A stretch of DNA of 55,190 nucleotides, filler included, from Bipalium vagum (lineage: Eukaryota): NCBI GenBank assembly GCA_037834085.1. It is 3 parts of 3 records of this genome, joined end to end, with 100 filler letters (N's around TTAATTAATTAA, not from the genome) between each part and the next. Parts side by side here need not be neighbours in the genome. Positions count along the whole stretch, not along the records: positions 1 to 23,931 come from JBBMKC010204710.1; positions 24,032 to 39,566 come from JBBMKC010161169.1; 1 more part is not named here. One strand, given 5' to 3'. A model generated the notes under the pieces. The model ran no database searches and had not been told where the DNA came from. It saw only the letters and a program-made list of their open reading frames with translations. This document shows, piece by piece, positions 23,351 through 37,406 of this stretch. The first letter of the stretch is position 1. Each line of letters starts with the position of its first letter. A program made the position numbers and the translations under genes.

Positions 23351-23931
23351 ATGCTTACCAATGACAATGTTGAATGTGCCATTTGTATAAAAGAGATGGT
23401 GGACCACGAAAAAGTTTTGCTTAAGGAATGCAATCACGGTTTTTGTAGATCGTGCTTGAATCTCTGGCTTCAAATCAATCCGACCTGTCCTCTGGACCGA
23501 AGCATTGTGACCCATGTTCTGCCATATTCTATTAAGAATAATAGCTTTGAACAAGTCTCAGTCGAACAGTTTATAGTCGATATCTCAGATGAAGATAAAG
23601 AGTCCATTTTATCAAATTATTTCAATGGACTCATAGAAAACCTGTCAAAATTCCTTGTCTCCTATGAAAAGTTTGCTTTGATAACAAAAAAGTTACGAAA
23701 CCTTTACGAAAAAATTGACGAGAGTGATTTTTTGATGTTCTTGACCTTTGATGGTCTATACCTAAGTGAGATGTGTCGAGTATATTTCATCAGGATAAGA
23801 ACTCTTTCAGAGCAATACCAAACTTGCTTTGCAGATTGTGAAGAACCAATCAATTCCAATATTCAAAGTTTGTCAGACAAGATCACAAGAATTAAGAGGG
23901 TGTTAGAAGATTACTCTTCCGATAATTCAAA
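23351..23931 (+). CDS. Intronless RING-finger protein (C3HC3D type, putative E3 ligase), 3' end lost in the gap
   Basis: CAIC-x14-CNHGFCRSC...WLQINPTCPLDR. The frame is open for 193 codons with no stop until the N run. Confidence 0.8.
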
Positions 23932-24031
23932 NNNNNNNNNNNNNNNNNNNNNNNNNNNNNNNNNNNNNNNNNNNNTTAATTAATTAANNNNNNNNNNNNN
24001 NNNNNNNNNNNNNNNNNNNNNNNNNNNNNNN
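23932..24031. other. Artificial assembly spacer (N44-TTAATTAATTAA-N44)
   Basis: Exactly 100 bp with a six-frame stop linker; identical to the spacer at 39567. Confidence 0.97.
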
Positions 24032-24699
24032 AATAACTTGAAGTAGGCGACTAAAATCTGGGAATAAAAGTCCTGACATTTAGCATTCCTGGGTTTTAAT
24101 GATTAATTTTTCAGATTTGGTAAGAGACTGTCAAAGTGATTGAAATGACATTTGGTGTCGATAGGTGATTGTGCAGTTGGAGCCGTGTCTTGACATGTGG
24201 GGTTCGATGTCTAAAATTCCAAATATCGATTAAAATAATAAAATTAATATTCATAATTATAAAAAAAATAATATAATAAAATATGATAAAAAACGATAAA
24301 TGACAAACACGCATAATAACGAAATGGGAAACAACGTCATTCGAAAATGTATCAATGACAGTCACAGAAACACTCGCACACATGATAAAAATAGTATAAA
24401 TATCCAAAGCAAAATCATAAAAATTCGCCTTCAAAAATTCTAAGTTTATTATAACTAAAAATAAAAATTGAGAGCTAATAATAGTTTATTATAACTATAT
24501 AGAGTTTATCATAACTCATTTTGGACAGGAAAAAATGTAATAATTAAAGTGTAAGTGAATTATTATATTCACTTTAATTGACTAATTAATTTCACAGAAC
24601 GTGAATATAATTTCCCGCTTCCGTTTTTATAAAAATTACTTCTTATTTCTTCTCTTTGTGTTATTCTGTCAATTACGATCTGGTAAACTAGTTATCAAA

Positions 24700-25300
24700 T
24701 TCGGTATTTTACTTCAGGGCGTCTACACGCTTCTTAGTGTAGATTGAATTGCGACAAGATTGAATATAACACACGATGCAGTTTGCAACTTATGCGTCTA
24801 CAGATTGAAAAGAATTAAATTGAAGACAGGACCGATTTTAAAAATGAATAAGGCGTCTAAGTTGCTCGTAAAACAGAAGATTTGTGTTTTTAATGAAAAC
24901 AAAGAAAAGGTAAATGCAAATTAAATTAATAGAAGAATGTGATTTAGATGTATCAAGAAATACGGTACACAGATATTTAAGGAAAACTGGTTTCATATAC
25001 AAAAGGAAGTCATCCCAAATCCATTTGACAGCCGGTCAAAAGCAATTACGTTTGCAATGCATAAGATCATGAATTTCGTTTGATCCTAATTGGGATCTCA
25101 CAATTTTTTCTGACGAGAAGCGGTTTTCTTTGGATGGTCCAGATGATTGGAGATCCTATGTATACAAATTATTCCCAAGTTATCGCGTTAAGAGGCAGTG
25201 CAAAAGTTGAAGCGTTATGGTATGGATGATGACAATGCCAACATAAGTTTCTTAGATTTATAAATCACAGGTGTGTCAAAAATCTTACCCACCAGTATAT
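24700..25300 (+). mobile_element. Tc3-like (Tc1 family) transposase pseudogene, internally deleted
   Basis: CDLDVSRNTVHRYLRKTGF...HLTAGQKQLRL...WDLTIFSDEKRFSLDGPDDWRSY...KRQ...SVMVW matches the Tc3 motif FSDEKKFNLDGPDG. Confidence 0.88.
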
Positions 25301-25894
25301 GATAAAATAATTATCAAATTAAATATAAAAATATATAAAAATTATTATTATTATTATTATTATAATTAATCAAAAAATAATCATTTCGATGATTAATTTA
25401 TCAAAGATTAGAAAAATATAAATTAGTAACGTAAAGTTACAAAAAATATTTTTTTCAGTAAAAATTTTAAGTAATATTTCTGTTACTATTATACCTTAAT
25501 TAACTTTCGCTCACAAATCAATAATTCCACGCTATTTAATGTTGTGTTCGTTTTACTATTGTAGTTGCACAAATTTAAACTCAATTTGAATTATATATAT
25601 ATAAGTCCTACGATAAAACCTTATTCGCACTCCCAATTGAATCAAAGCAATCACAGTAAAAATTTATTCAAATTTCGATCGTTATACAAATCACAACAAA
25701 ATCCCAATTGATACTCAAAAAATAAAATAACTGAAAAGTTAATATAACAAAATCGATCCAATATCTGCACAAATTAACATAAGAAAAACGTCAAATTAAA
25801 GAATATATAATTAAAAGCAAAATTCAACACCAATACAATATTAGTTAAACTAAATTTATATGATGATTAAAACAAAATATTAAAGATGGATCAC

Positions 25895-25990
25895 AAGAAT
25901 AAAACAAAATTCGAAAATATTCTCACCAGGAACGACAATGGTTCCCCGGGTCCTTCTCAAGTCACCTAGGGATTCCCAAGCTCTCTGGGC
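25895..25990 (-). repeat. Interspersed repeat copy, inverted partner of 27107-27217
   Basis: aataaaacaaaatt..aaatattctcaccag..acaatgg..cccgggtc...gtca.ctagggattcccaa matches the reverse complement of 27107-27217. Confidence 0.8.
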
Positions 25991-26719
25991 CCCATTGTGA
26001 AATCCTAAGGCATGTTTGATAAACTTAAAATCATTAGGGAAAAATTGTTCAATATTTTTCTTTTGATTTATAAAAGTGTGTTAAAAGTTTAATTGATTTA
26101 TTATAACTTTAAAAATTAAACCAATCCCAAATTTAGGATTTGATGAATTTGTTACTTCTGTTAGTTTTACTGGTTTTCCATTAACTTTTGTTTTTTTCTA
26201 TTTTTATTATACCAACCAAAAACATGATAATTATTCGTTGTTCCAAAATTAATGTTTTTAATTTCTGAATTGATTTTTTTGCAACAAAAACAATTGTAAA
26301 TTCATCTTTTATTTTTGTTCTTAATTCTACTTGAAAATATCCAATATTATCTTTATCAATTTTTAATTTGTTTTCAGTGTTAATTTCATTTTTCAGTGAT
26401 TTCCAAAATGATCTCCAAGAAGTTGGATTTAATTTCTCATTTAATATTTTGTAATATTCAACAGCATATAAATCTTCGATGAACTTTGATATCACTGCAG
26501 GCTTTTGTCAACATTAATCTAATATTTATGAATTTAATATTCCTTATGTTATACAATTTTTTTAAAATCCAGACCCAGAGTGATTTTTTTTAATTAGCGA
26601 CGTGTTTTATGTGAATTAATTTAATAATATATTACGTAGTTACAAAAGTAAAGCTAAAAATATATTTACTGTTGGGTTGTAGAATTAATAATAAAATTAT
26701 TTTTTTAAAAGCCATATTA

Positions 26720-27217
26720 TAAATCTCGCCGTGGGGATTTTGACATACTAGGCTAATGAGTTTTTTACAGTCGTAAAGGCTGTAGGTTTCAATCTGACTC
26801 TATTTTGGCGTGGAGATCGAGTTTGATTAATGGCTATTAGGGAAAAAAGCCATCTCTAAGCGTAGAACCAGCCTCTACGACAATATAAAGAAACGGTTAT
26901 TCACAGAAAAAACGCCCAGAATAATATTTTCAGAAGAAATACCGTGGATATAATTATAATCAAAAGAAAAACCGTGGATCACAATTATCGTCAGAAGGAA
27001 AACCCTTTGATTTGCAGAAAGCTACGATCGTTTTGCCGAGGACAGTTGCAGACCTGTTAATTTTCAGTTTATTTCCAGATGACAATGAAAAAGGATTTAT
27101 CAAGGGTAGCAAAGGAGTTTGGGAATCCCTAGTTGACCTGCAATAGATCTAGTGGACGACCCGGGAACCCATTGTGTCTTCTGGTGAGAATATTTTTAAT
27201 TTTGTTTTATTTTCTTA
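26720..27217 (+). mobile_element. LTR/leader-like block with TATA, ~30-bp tandem repeats and a splice donor
   Basis: tataaag at ~26885, tcagaagaaataccgtggat-type repeats at 26909-27004, then ctg|GTGAGA at 27184 followed by a T-rich tract. Confidence 0.5.
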
Positions 27218-27512
27218 ATTTTTTTATGATTAATAGAAACTTCCTTTTACTCATTTTGAATTTTTGATTATTTGTGTTTGTTTTTTTATTTTTAGATAAC
27301 TGAACGTATTGATTATTTTAATTATTGTGAACACTTTAGATTCCTCAATTTCGTTTTAGTTTTTTCTAATGATTTATTATTTTGATTTTCTATATTAGAT
27401 TTCCGTTCATTCGATTTATTAAATTTAAAAGATTTTTAAGATCTTTTTTACTTTTATTTCAGTTTTTTTGCTTCTTTTACAAATATAAAATTAGCAACAT
27501 TATCATTTAAAG

Positions 27513-27596
27513 CAGTGATCCCCAAACTTTTTAGGTGTACTGCCCCAAACTAACCCACACCAAATACCTTGCAGTGCTCACTTTAGGAATTATTAT
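27513..27596. mobile_element. Small degenerate hAT/Charlie-like MITE
   Basis: Starts CAGTGATCCCCAAACT (Charlie/MER5-type terminus) after atttaaag. The right end cactttaggaattat is a degenerate complement. Confidence 0.4.
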
Positions 27597-28689
27597 TATT
27601 CATATTTAAAATTCTTCTTATCGAATCTCCTGTGACATTCAAAAAATATGTCCAGATTCAATTCAAGATTTGATACACGAGAATTTTCTTTGATATGTAA
27701 TATGGAATGATGCAGCAATATAATACAATATCATTAACATTATAAATCAAAACGTTACTAAAAATATAGTTAAGTAAAACAATCAACAAATTTATCGCAA
27801 TTAATAACTTTCAATATTTCTTTTAAAAATATAAATTAATTAATTTAGTATTACCGAATATCTCTAGACATCTTAAAATTACAGTTCAGAAAAAGACATC
27901 CATGAAATACTCAATATGATATATAATTTATAAAATTGGAACATTTTCATTAAAAATTATTTCTTAATAGTTGAATGTTTGTAATTAATTAGAAAACAAT
28001 TTTTACGATTTGATTACCTAGATTAAAATTTCTTAAATAATTAATTACGACTCATATCAAAGCAAATTATAACTCCCGTAGATTAATTTTACGAAGTTTA
28101 TACAAAAATGTGGTTTTCATTTCAAGAATAATCTGAAATTTTCTTTGTACATATATTGAGCTATAAAATGTAAAATTAATTTATTAAACCTTCATTTTTA
28201 ATGGTAAAATTACTTGATAAAGTAAAAACAATACAAGTACAATTGACTAGTATATGTGAAACTTAAATAAGCTATTAACAATATCTAGCAATTAATATTA
28301 CCACCTTTTACCATGTAATTTACATTGTAAAATAGGCAGAAGCAGAATCCACTTTACTGAAAAGAGCGAAATTTTAGAGTTCGAATTTAATCAACTTGTT
28401 GTATTGACTGTACTGTCAATAACTTGTTAAATCGAAAGTATCAGACGAAACATGAAAACTAATGAAGTGAAAACCATTACTAAAATTGTTACTAGAGAAC
28501 CAACAAAAATTCAGCAGCACTTGCTTTCATTAAAAACGCGCTCAATTGTCGATAAAATATACAAATTAAGCATATTATTACATAAAATGATCTCAAGATC
28601 AACTGGATAAAATATAGTCAGGTAGAGTTAGATTCAGTTTCCCACAGAAAATTGTCGAGCTTGAAATTACCAAATGATAAATAATAGCA

Positions 28690-29380
28690 TTATATTTTTG
28701 AAACTTTGTTGGAAACAATACGAGGATTTGCTTTGCGAATGGCGTTTTCTGCTTCAATTTTATAATCAAAGGTACATGAATGCAAATCCGAATAACGATG
28801 AGCACTGCAGAACGTCCCTCCACATCGGCATCCAAATCCTGTAAGATCAATGAACGATGAGGTAACAAAAAGCTGTTTCAATTGCCATGAGACAAGAATT
28901 CACAAATATGTACCTGTTAACCCAATTTTTTTTCGACATAATTGACAGCGATTCGATTTCACAGAGGTGCTTGAGACAACATTGTTGATTTCAGAATCTG
29001 CAAAATATCTTAATCCATAACAAAACAAACTAAAATATCACTTGATATGGTACTTGCTGTGTTCTCATTTGTGAGGGATGTAGCAAGTTCGGGTAATGAG
29101 ATAACGGCTTCCTCTTCTATATCATCTTTGACTACTGAATTTTTGATATTATCAAAAGACTTTTCTTTATCTACAAAATAGTTTAAGTACTTCCTGATTA
29201 AATAAAATTAAAATAACATGTTGAAAATCCAGAGTTATTGAGTGTGCGATTATTTTCATATTGTTTTTCTTTTGCTTTATAGCACTGAGAGCATAAACCA
29301 TCGAAATTGGAACTTCCAAAATAACCACAACCAATTTTGCACAATTGTGAGAGATTTTTTTGAGGATCGTTTTTCTCCAT
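28690..29380 (-). CDS. A20/AN1 zinc-finger protein (ZFAND5/6-like), 4 exons
   Basis: A20 finger LCKIGCGYFGSSNFDGLCSQCYK and AN1 finger [40 protein letters not shown]...IRKANPRIVSNKVSKI*. Three short GT-AG introns keep the frame. Confidence 0.95.
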
Positions 29381-30055
29381 TATTTACTTATCTAGTATAA
29401 GAGAAAAATTAAATAAAGTATAAATGAAGTTTATTATGGTAATTAATAATAAATAGCTGAATAATTAAAATTACTATTTATAAAAAAATGTAAATATTTA
29501 TAAGAAGTTAAACAAGCGATCAATAAAATAGTTTTTCTTTCAAATACAATTGTAATTTAAATTTTTAAAATTTTAATATTCTACGAATATTTTAATCTTA
29601 TTTTTAACATAAATATCCAAGTTGTCTGAAATTTTTATGTAAAATGAGCTTTAGAATGAAACTTTAGGTTGTTTAATACTTATGGTTAAAACTTGTTAAT
29701 AAAAATAATTTATGAAAAATTATCGTGTTTAATTTTAATAGACTAAGATTATAATTAATATAAAATTCTTCCTTATTAATTATAAAAAATAATTTAATTT
29801 GATTCTGATTTTATTAATGAAAATAATGCTTTATCGAAATTAAATTATTAGTAGATAATAAAATTTTCCCGAAGTGCTAGTTTATTTATATTTAATTAAA
29901 TTAAACTTTATTTAAAAATATTAGTATGATTTTAGTTATTTTGTTTATTTGCAATATTTAATTATTTTTATCGGAATATTTTACCACATACACATTAACA
30001 AATAATTAAAGTAATTTTGGTTCTAGTTTGTTCTTTATATTTTATATTAAACTAG
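29381..30055. promoter_or_regulatory. Probable bidirectional promoter region
   Basis: 675 bp between the divergent start codons of the ZFAND and V-ATPase A genes, with no recognisable TE debris. Confidence 0.55.
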
Positions 30056-32498
<2,443 letters not shown>

Positions 32499-34084
32499 AA
32501 ATTCTTCCTTATCGCCATTATGAAGCATAATAAAATGTTATTTACTATATTTACTGATTGGTTACATAATACTGATAAATGATGTCTTTAGCAGTTTTAT
32601 TATAATAAAAGTTATCTGATAGTTTCTTCAACCATTTTTTTTTCATTTCTGTGGCTATCAAATGATATATTATATATTTATTTTAAATTTTATTATTTAT
32701 TGGATAAAATGGACTTGAATTACCTTTTTATATTTGTTTAAGATTAGTTTAAAAATATTATAATATTTAGTTTTCTGTTTTTCGAATATGTTTAATATTC
32801 TAAAATTAAATTTAAAGTATTTTATTATCTTCACATTTATTTGGTATTAAGATTTACTTGTGTCATTATTTTAATTTGTATTGCATATTATTAGATAAAT
32901 AAATGTCTTACGTAATAACGATAAATAATAATTTTATAGATGTATAATCTAAAAAAGTTGTATTTATATCAAAAACATTGAGAAGATTAATATTTAAACT
33001 AAAGAATTTCGATAATAACAGACAATGAATTGAATTGAAAAATCGAAGTCACGTGTAAACTATTTTGTTTGTTTTTTAATTTTTCAGAATTTCAAACATT
33101 ATTGAATGACTTATCAGTCATAAAATAATAAATTAATTGAAAATATGATAATTCTTTATAAGATATTTATAGATTTTCATTAAAATCTAAATATTTTATA
33201 TTCTAAAAGCAGGAGGTTGGCAGAGAAGGAAGCTTTTAATATTTAAATGAATTAAATTATAATCTATTTAATATTCCTTCATTTTGTCAAGTTTCTAAAA
33301 ACTGTGGAGCTAATATAAATAGGGTGATAAGACTTATCGAATTAAGTTTGCTACTACTTGCGTGTTCAATTGAAATAACCAATTTAAATAAATAAAACTT
33401 CAATCTTTATGAAAAATAGTTTAAAAATATTAATTATCGTCTTTGTAAAAAAAATTTAATTTAGTTTTAAATTATCCAATCGGGTGAAACTAAACAAAAA
33501 ATAAGTTATAGAGAAATGGAAATGTTTGGTTTTCAAAAAAAGTATTGATATTTGTCTGTTATCTATAGCAAAATTTGTCTTGTTTACAAGACAAGTTACT
33601 TTATTGTTTATTATTTATTGAACAAAAAAAGATTTATTATGAGATCGATTTTTTATTTATAGGAGTTTAATTATTAAACGATCGATATGTTATTTGGCTT
33701 ATAATAAAAATAAAATTTAGTTTTAATTATAAAATAGTGTAATCTTTGGAAAAGTAATTTTCTAATTTGCTTTTTTAAATATTTTAAAAATTTCGATTGT
33801 TTTAAATTAATATTAATATCATTCTAATTATTAATCTTATTATTTCACGGTTTGTGCCTTTGGCAAGCCAAATATACTGTAATATTTACATTTAATAATC
33901 TAAATTTGCTTTATAATTAATTTTTTAAAATTATATTTAATTTATTTTATCAAGGACGATTTGACATCATAAACAAAAGAATTATTGATATAAAAGTTAA
34001 TTTAAAATCATAACTTCTATTTAGAATCACTCAAGAATCATTAATATGAAATAAAATTTCAAGGATTATTATTTATTTGAATTG

Positions 34085-34861
34085 AACACAGGTTTAGACG
34101 TGTTGGTCAAAATGTCTCCACAATTTGAAAATTTTGATTTTTTGTGAGAAATAAAACGAATAAACAACTATGTGTAGATTTATTTACTTTCTAATTGTCT
34201 GTCAAATGCTACTCATAACAGTTATCAGAAAATTTCAATTGACCTCGACAGTCCAGTAGAGGTATACATCCTACTTTGTTTTGTTGGGTTAGTCAAGGAC
34301 ACATCCCTGTAAACCCTTGCAAAGTTAAAGACCGTAATAAGGTCTAAAATATTTATAATTATTATAAATTAATTATGATGATCACAAAAGGGTCAGGAGT
34401 AAAATAATAATAATGATAATTAATTAAAAAGTACAACATTAATTTAAACAAAAATGGGCAATTAATTATTTCCTAAAAAAGATCTAATATTGACAATGGT
34501 GAAGTTTAATTTTCAAGATTACATCAAGGTCTGCATATAGGGACCGGTTTAGAATTAACGAGCTAAATAGAGAAATGATACTCCCCATTGATAAATCTGG
34601 TCTGCGATTCATTGATCGTCTGACTAGAATAGTATATAAGAAGTTGGAATCCGCAGTGGATTGCCATCAAATTCTCTGAGAGAAAATTGTGTCATTTATA
34701 TTCTCAATTATTATGCGACAGGAGCTCACAACGGGTACTGTGATGTTAGGAGGTTTCTGGGAGGACTGGGTTGGGCTCAACAAACCACTCTTTGATTTGT
34801 CGTCGTCACAACTAGTGAGAATATTGTCATTTTGTTTTCTTTGTTTCTTTTTAATTGACAT
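34085..34861 (-). mobile_element. Possible decayed retroelement ORF1/gag with an eroded zinc knuckle
   Basis: A basic/Ser-Pro N-terminus MSIKKKQRK.. runs into frameshifted LREFDGNPLR. Near 34090-34130, tcaaattgtggagacattttgaccaacacgtctaaacctgt resembles a CxNCWRFGHTSKxC coding relic. Confidence 0.3.
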
Positions 34862-35419
34862 TTAATTATTTGACTGATATTTGTTTAATCTAATTTGTTC
34901 AATATTTAGTGTATCAAATTTAGACCTGACTCCAACTCTTAGGTGGTGCAAATAATAACAATTAGTAAAGCAGCACTTGTAATTATATCACACAATCACA
35001 AAACTACAAAAAAATACAGAAGGATAATCAAAAGTCTGAGATCACAATTAATGTCTGAAATGTTTCACAATCAAGCCACTCTTCAAAATATAATATAATC
35101 GAACGACAATCAAATAAATTAATAAAATAATAAGTACTGTTAATATCAAACAGTAATTAAAATATAATGTTAAATTAAAAGTCTAATTAAAACAAAATAT
35201 ACACTATATTAATCAATATTAATGTTTACTTAAAATAAAATAATAAAATAAAACAAAAAGAAAAGAGAAAAAAATCTTACAGTTTATTTTTCGATAAAAC
35301 TCCCGAGTTATCGTCTGAAGCTAACGGTTGCTCACCGATAACCAGTTAGTGGAGAATTTTAAGCATAGTCCAAGCATTTAAATAAACGTTGAAATACTTG
35401 CGACTTGAACTGTAATACC

Positions 35420-35526
35420 CGTCTTTTATAAAAATCTGCTTCCGTATTTGTCTGTTATAGAACTCTGCTTCCGTATTCGCCTTTTATAGAACTCTGCTTC
35501 CGTATTCGTCTTTTATAGAACTCTGC
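35420..35526. repeat. 29-bp tandem repeat x3.7 within an LTR/leader-like block (~35280-35600, minus)
   Basis: Unit cgtcttttatagaactctgcttccgtatt. Minus-strand TATATAAG lies at ~35592 upstream, and a donor-like GTAAGA plus T-tract at 35280 downstream. Confidence 0.9.
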
Positions 35527-37046
35527 AAATGACAATAATTGTAATCACGTTTTCCGAGGGTGAAATTATGCTAGAATTCCTCTGCTTATATACTTTTCTG
35601 AAACTGATCTTCATCTGGAGATTATTCTTGAAATAATATCAAAATTAATGGTAAAATTCTCAAAATTTTATTAAAACTCTAGAATTCCCTAAAAAATTAT
35701 TTTCTGCTGATCATAAATATTTGTAAATTAGCTCTTCTGGACTTCTTTAAAAATAAAAATTACATTTGGAGGGTAGTTTTATTTTCTAAGTATTTCCAAA
35801 CTAAAAATATCTGTAAATTTTTAATTGTCTTTCAAGTTTTAATTAATTTTAATTATTAATATTATTATTATTCTTAACATCTATACTCTATTTTATATTT
35901 TTCTTGGTTATCTTTCCCCGGGGGGTGTCTTGGGTAAACCCAACAAATTATTCAATTGATTATTATTATTATTATTATTATTGAAATTTTAGTTTGATCG
36001 ACTATTGAAAATTTGATTTTGCGATTTCAGACATTTTATTGATTATTTGAGACATTTTCTTATTGTTATTTTAGAATTAAAGTGTTTTTCGTAGTTGTCT
36101 GGATTCATTCATTTGCGTACACGTATTGAGAAAAGTGAAGGGCTCAGTAAACTTTGCGAGCTAAGTGTTACGACGGTGTTCATAGTATAATAATAGCGTA
36201 ACAGTTTTTATGATAAAGTAATCTACTCGCAAAAACAGGACCTCTGCCTTTCTTTCCATCCATAAATTTAGTTGGAGCCACTGCTTCATTTCACTATCAA
36301 CAAGATTATCAATCATAGCCGTGCCTTCACAATCACATTTTAACTTTGAATAATTGTAATATTTTTATTAATATTTTATTAAAATATTATTACATTTTAA
36401 TAGCAATTTAATTCAATAAATTTCTTTCAAAAGTGTATTTACTTTTAATTTTGGAAATCAGTGATCATATTCAAAAACGGTTAAAGATTGTTTTTCATCA
36501 AAAAAAATTTAAAGAATTATTAAATTGATTTCTATTTTATTCTTAACGGTTTTATTTTTGAAAAAGTAATTAGAAAAAAATAATAGGAAAAATCAAAAAA
36601 ATTATATATAAGCCAGAGTCTATATATGAATTATTAGAGTTTCTACATACTAGAAAAATATCACTAAATTTTTAAATATTTTTACACATTTTGAAAAATT
36701 TAAATATTTAATATTTTTATTATGAATTTTTTTACTTTTTTAACTTAATAAAAATTATTTTTAGAAAAAGATAATTAATTATATATTACCGAGATTCAGA
36801 AAAATAATGACGGAGAAAAATGTTGAATAAGATAAAAATATGCAAGTTGTTTTAATTTTTCCACATATTTGAACTTTATTCTTATGTTAATAAGAGTTTA
36901 AAATTTGAATTTTTGTATTATGTTATCAACGAAGGATGCATTAATTTACAATGTCAATAAAAAAATTCTAGAATTATTTCCTCAGTATTTACAAAAATCC
37001 AATGGTTTAAATTAGTGATTTTTAGATGATCTTACTTTTAATTTAG

Positions 37047-37406
37047 AAATCGTAGCTTATTTACGAACTTTATCAGTGGGTGATTTGACATTAATGCTTC
37101 AAGATAACAATTTAGCAAAAGTGAACTTTGAAAAGTTCTCATCGGAAAAGAACACAGATCAACCAAGCGAGTCAATTAATATTCCTTACACAGTTACATC
37201 AGCAATTAAAGTAATGAAGTCCAAAGAGTTTTCTATTTTGAATTTAATTCGACAATTTTACTGGACATCAATTTCAAAAAATTACGACGAAAATACGAAT
37301 CGTAAACAAAATAATTCTACTCAACCAATTTATTTTTCAAGGATGCAACGTTTGAAATTTGCTTTATCTTTATGGTATTCTCCAGAAACTTGTGATTTAT
37401 TAATAG
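37047..37406 (+). CDS. Probable internal exon of an unidentified gene
   Basis: Acceptor ttttaatttag, 360-nt open frame (EIVAYLRTLSVGDLTLMLQDNN...IYFSRMQRLKFALSLWYSPETCDLLI), donor AG|GTATGG, symmetric phase 1. No family recognised. Confidence 0.5.

Noticed and set aside
23932-24031. Palindromic TTAATTAATTAA inside N runs (also 39567-39666) as a biological site
   Set aside because: Two identical 100-bp constructs with stops in all six frames are an assembly linker. Adjacency across them is unproven.
24150-24215. tRNA/SINE-like A-box and B-box (tgtgcagttgg...ggttcgat)
   Set aside because: No cloverleaf can be folded, and the boxes are too degenerate.
35420-35526. 29-bp repeats (and ~30-bp repeats at 26909-27004) as a CRISPR-like array
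   Set aside because: The units are contiguous with no unique spacers, there are no cas genes, and the context is eukaryotic.
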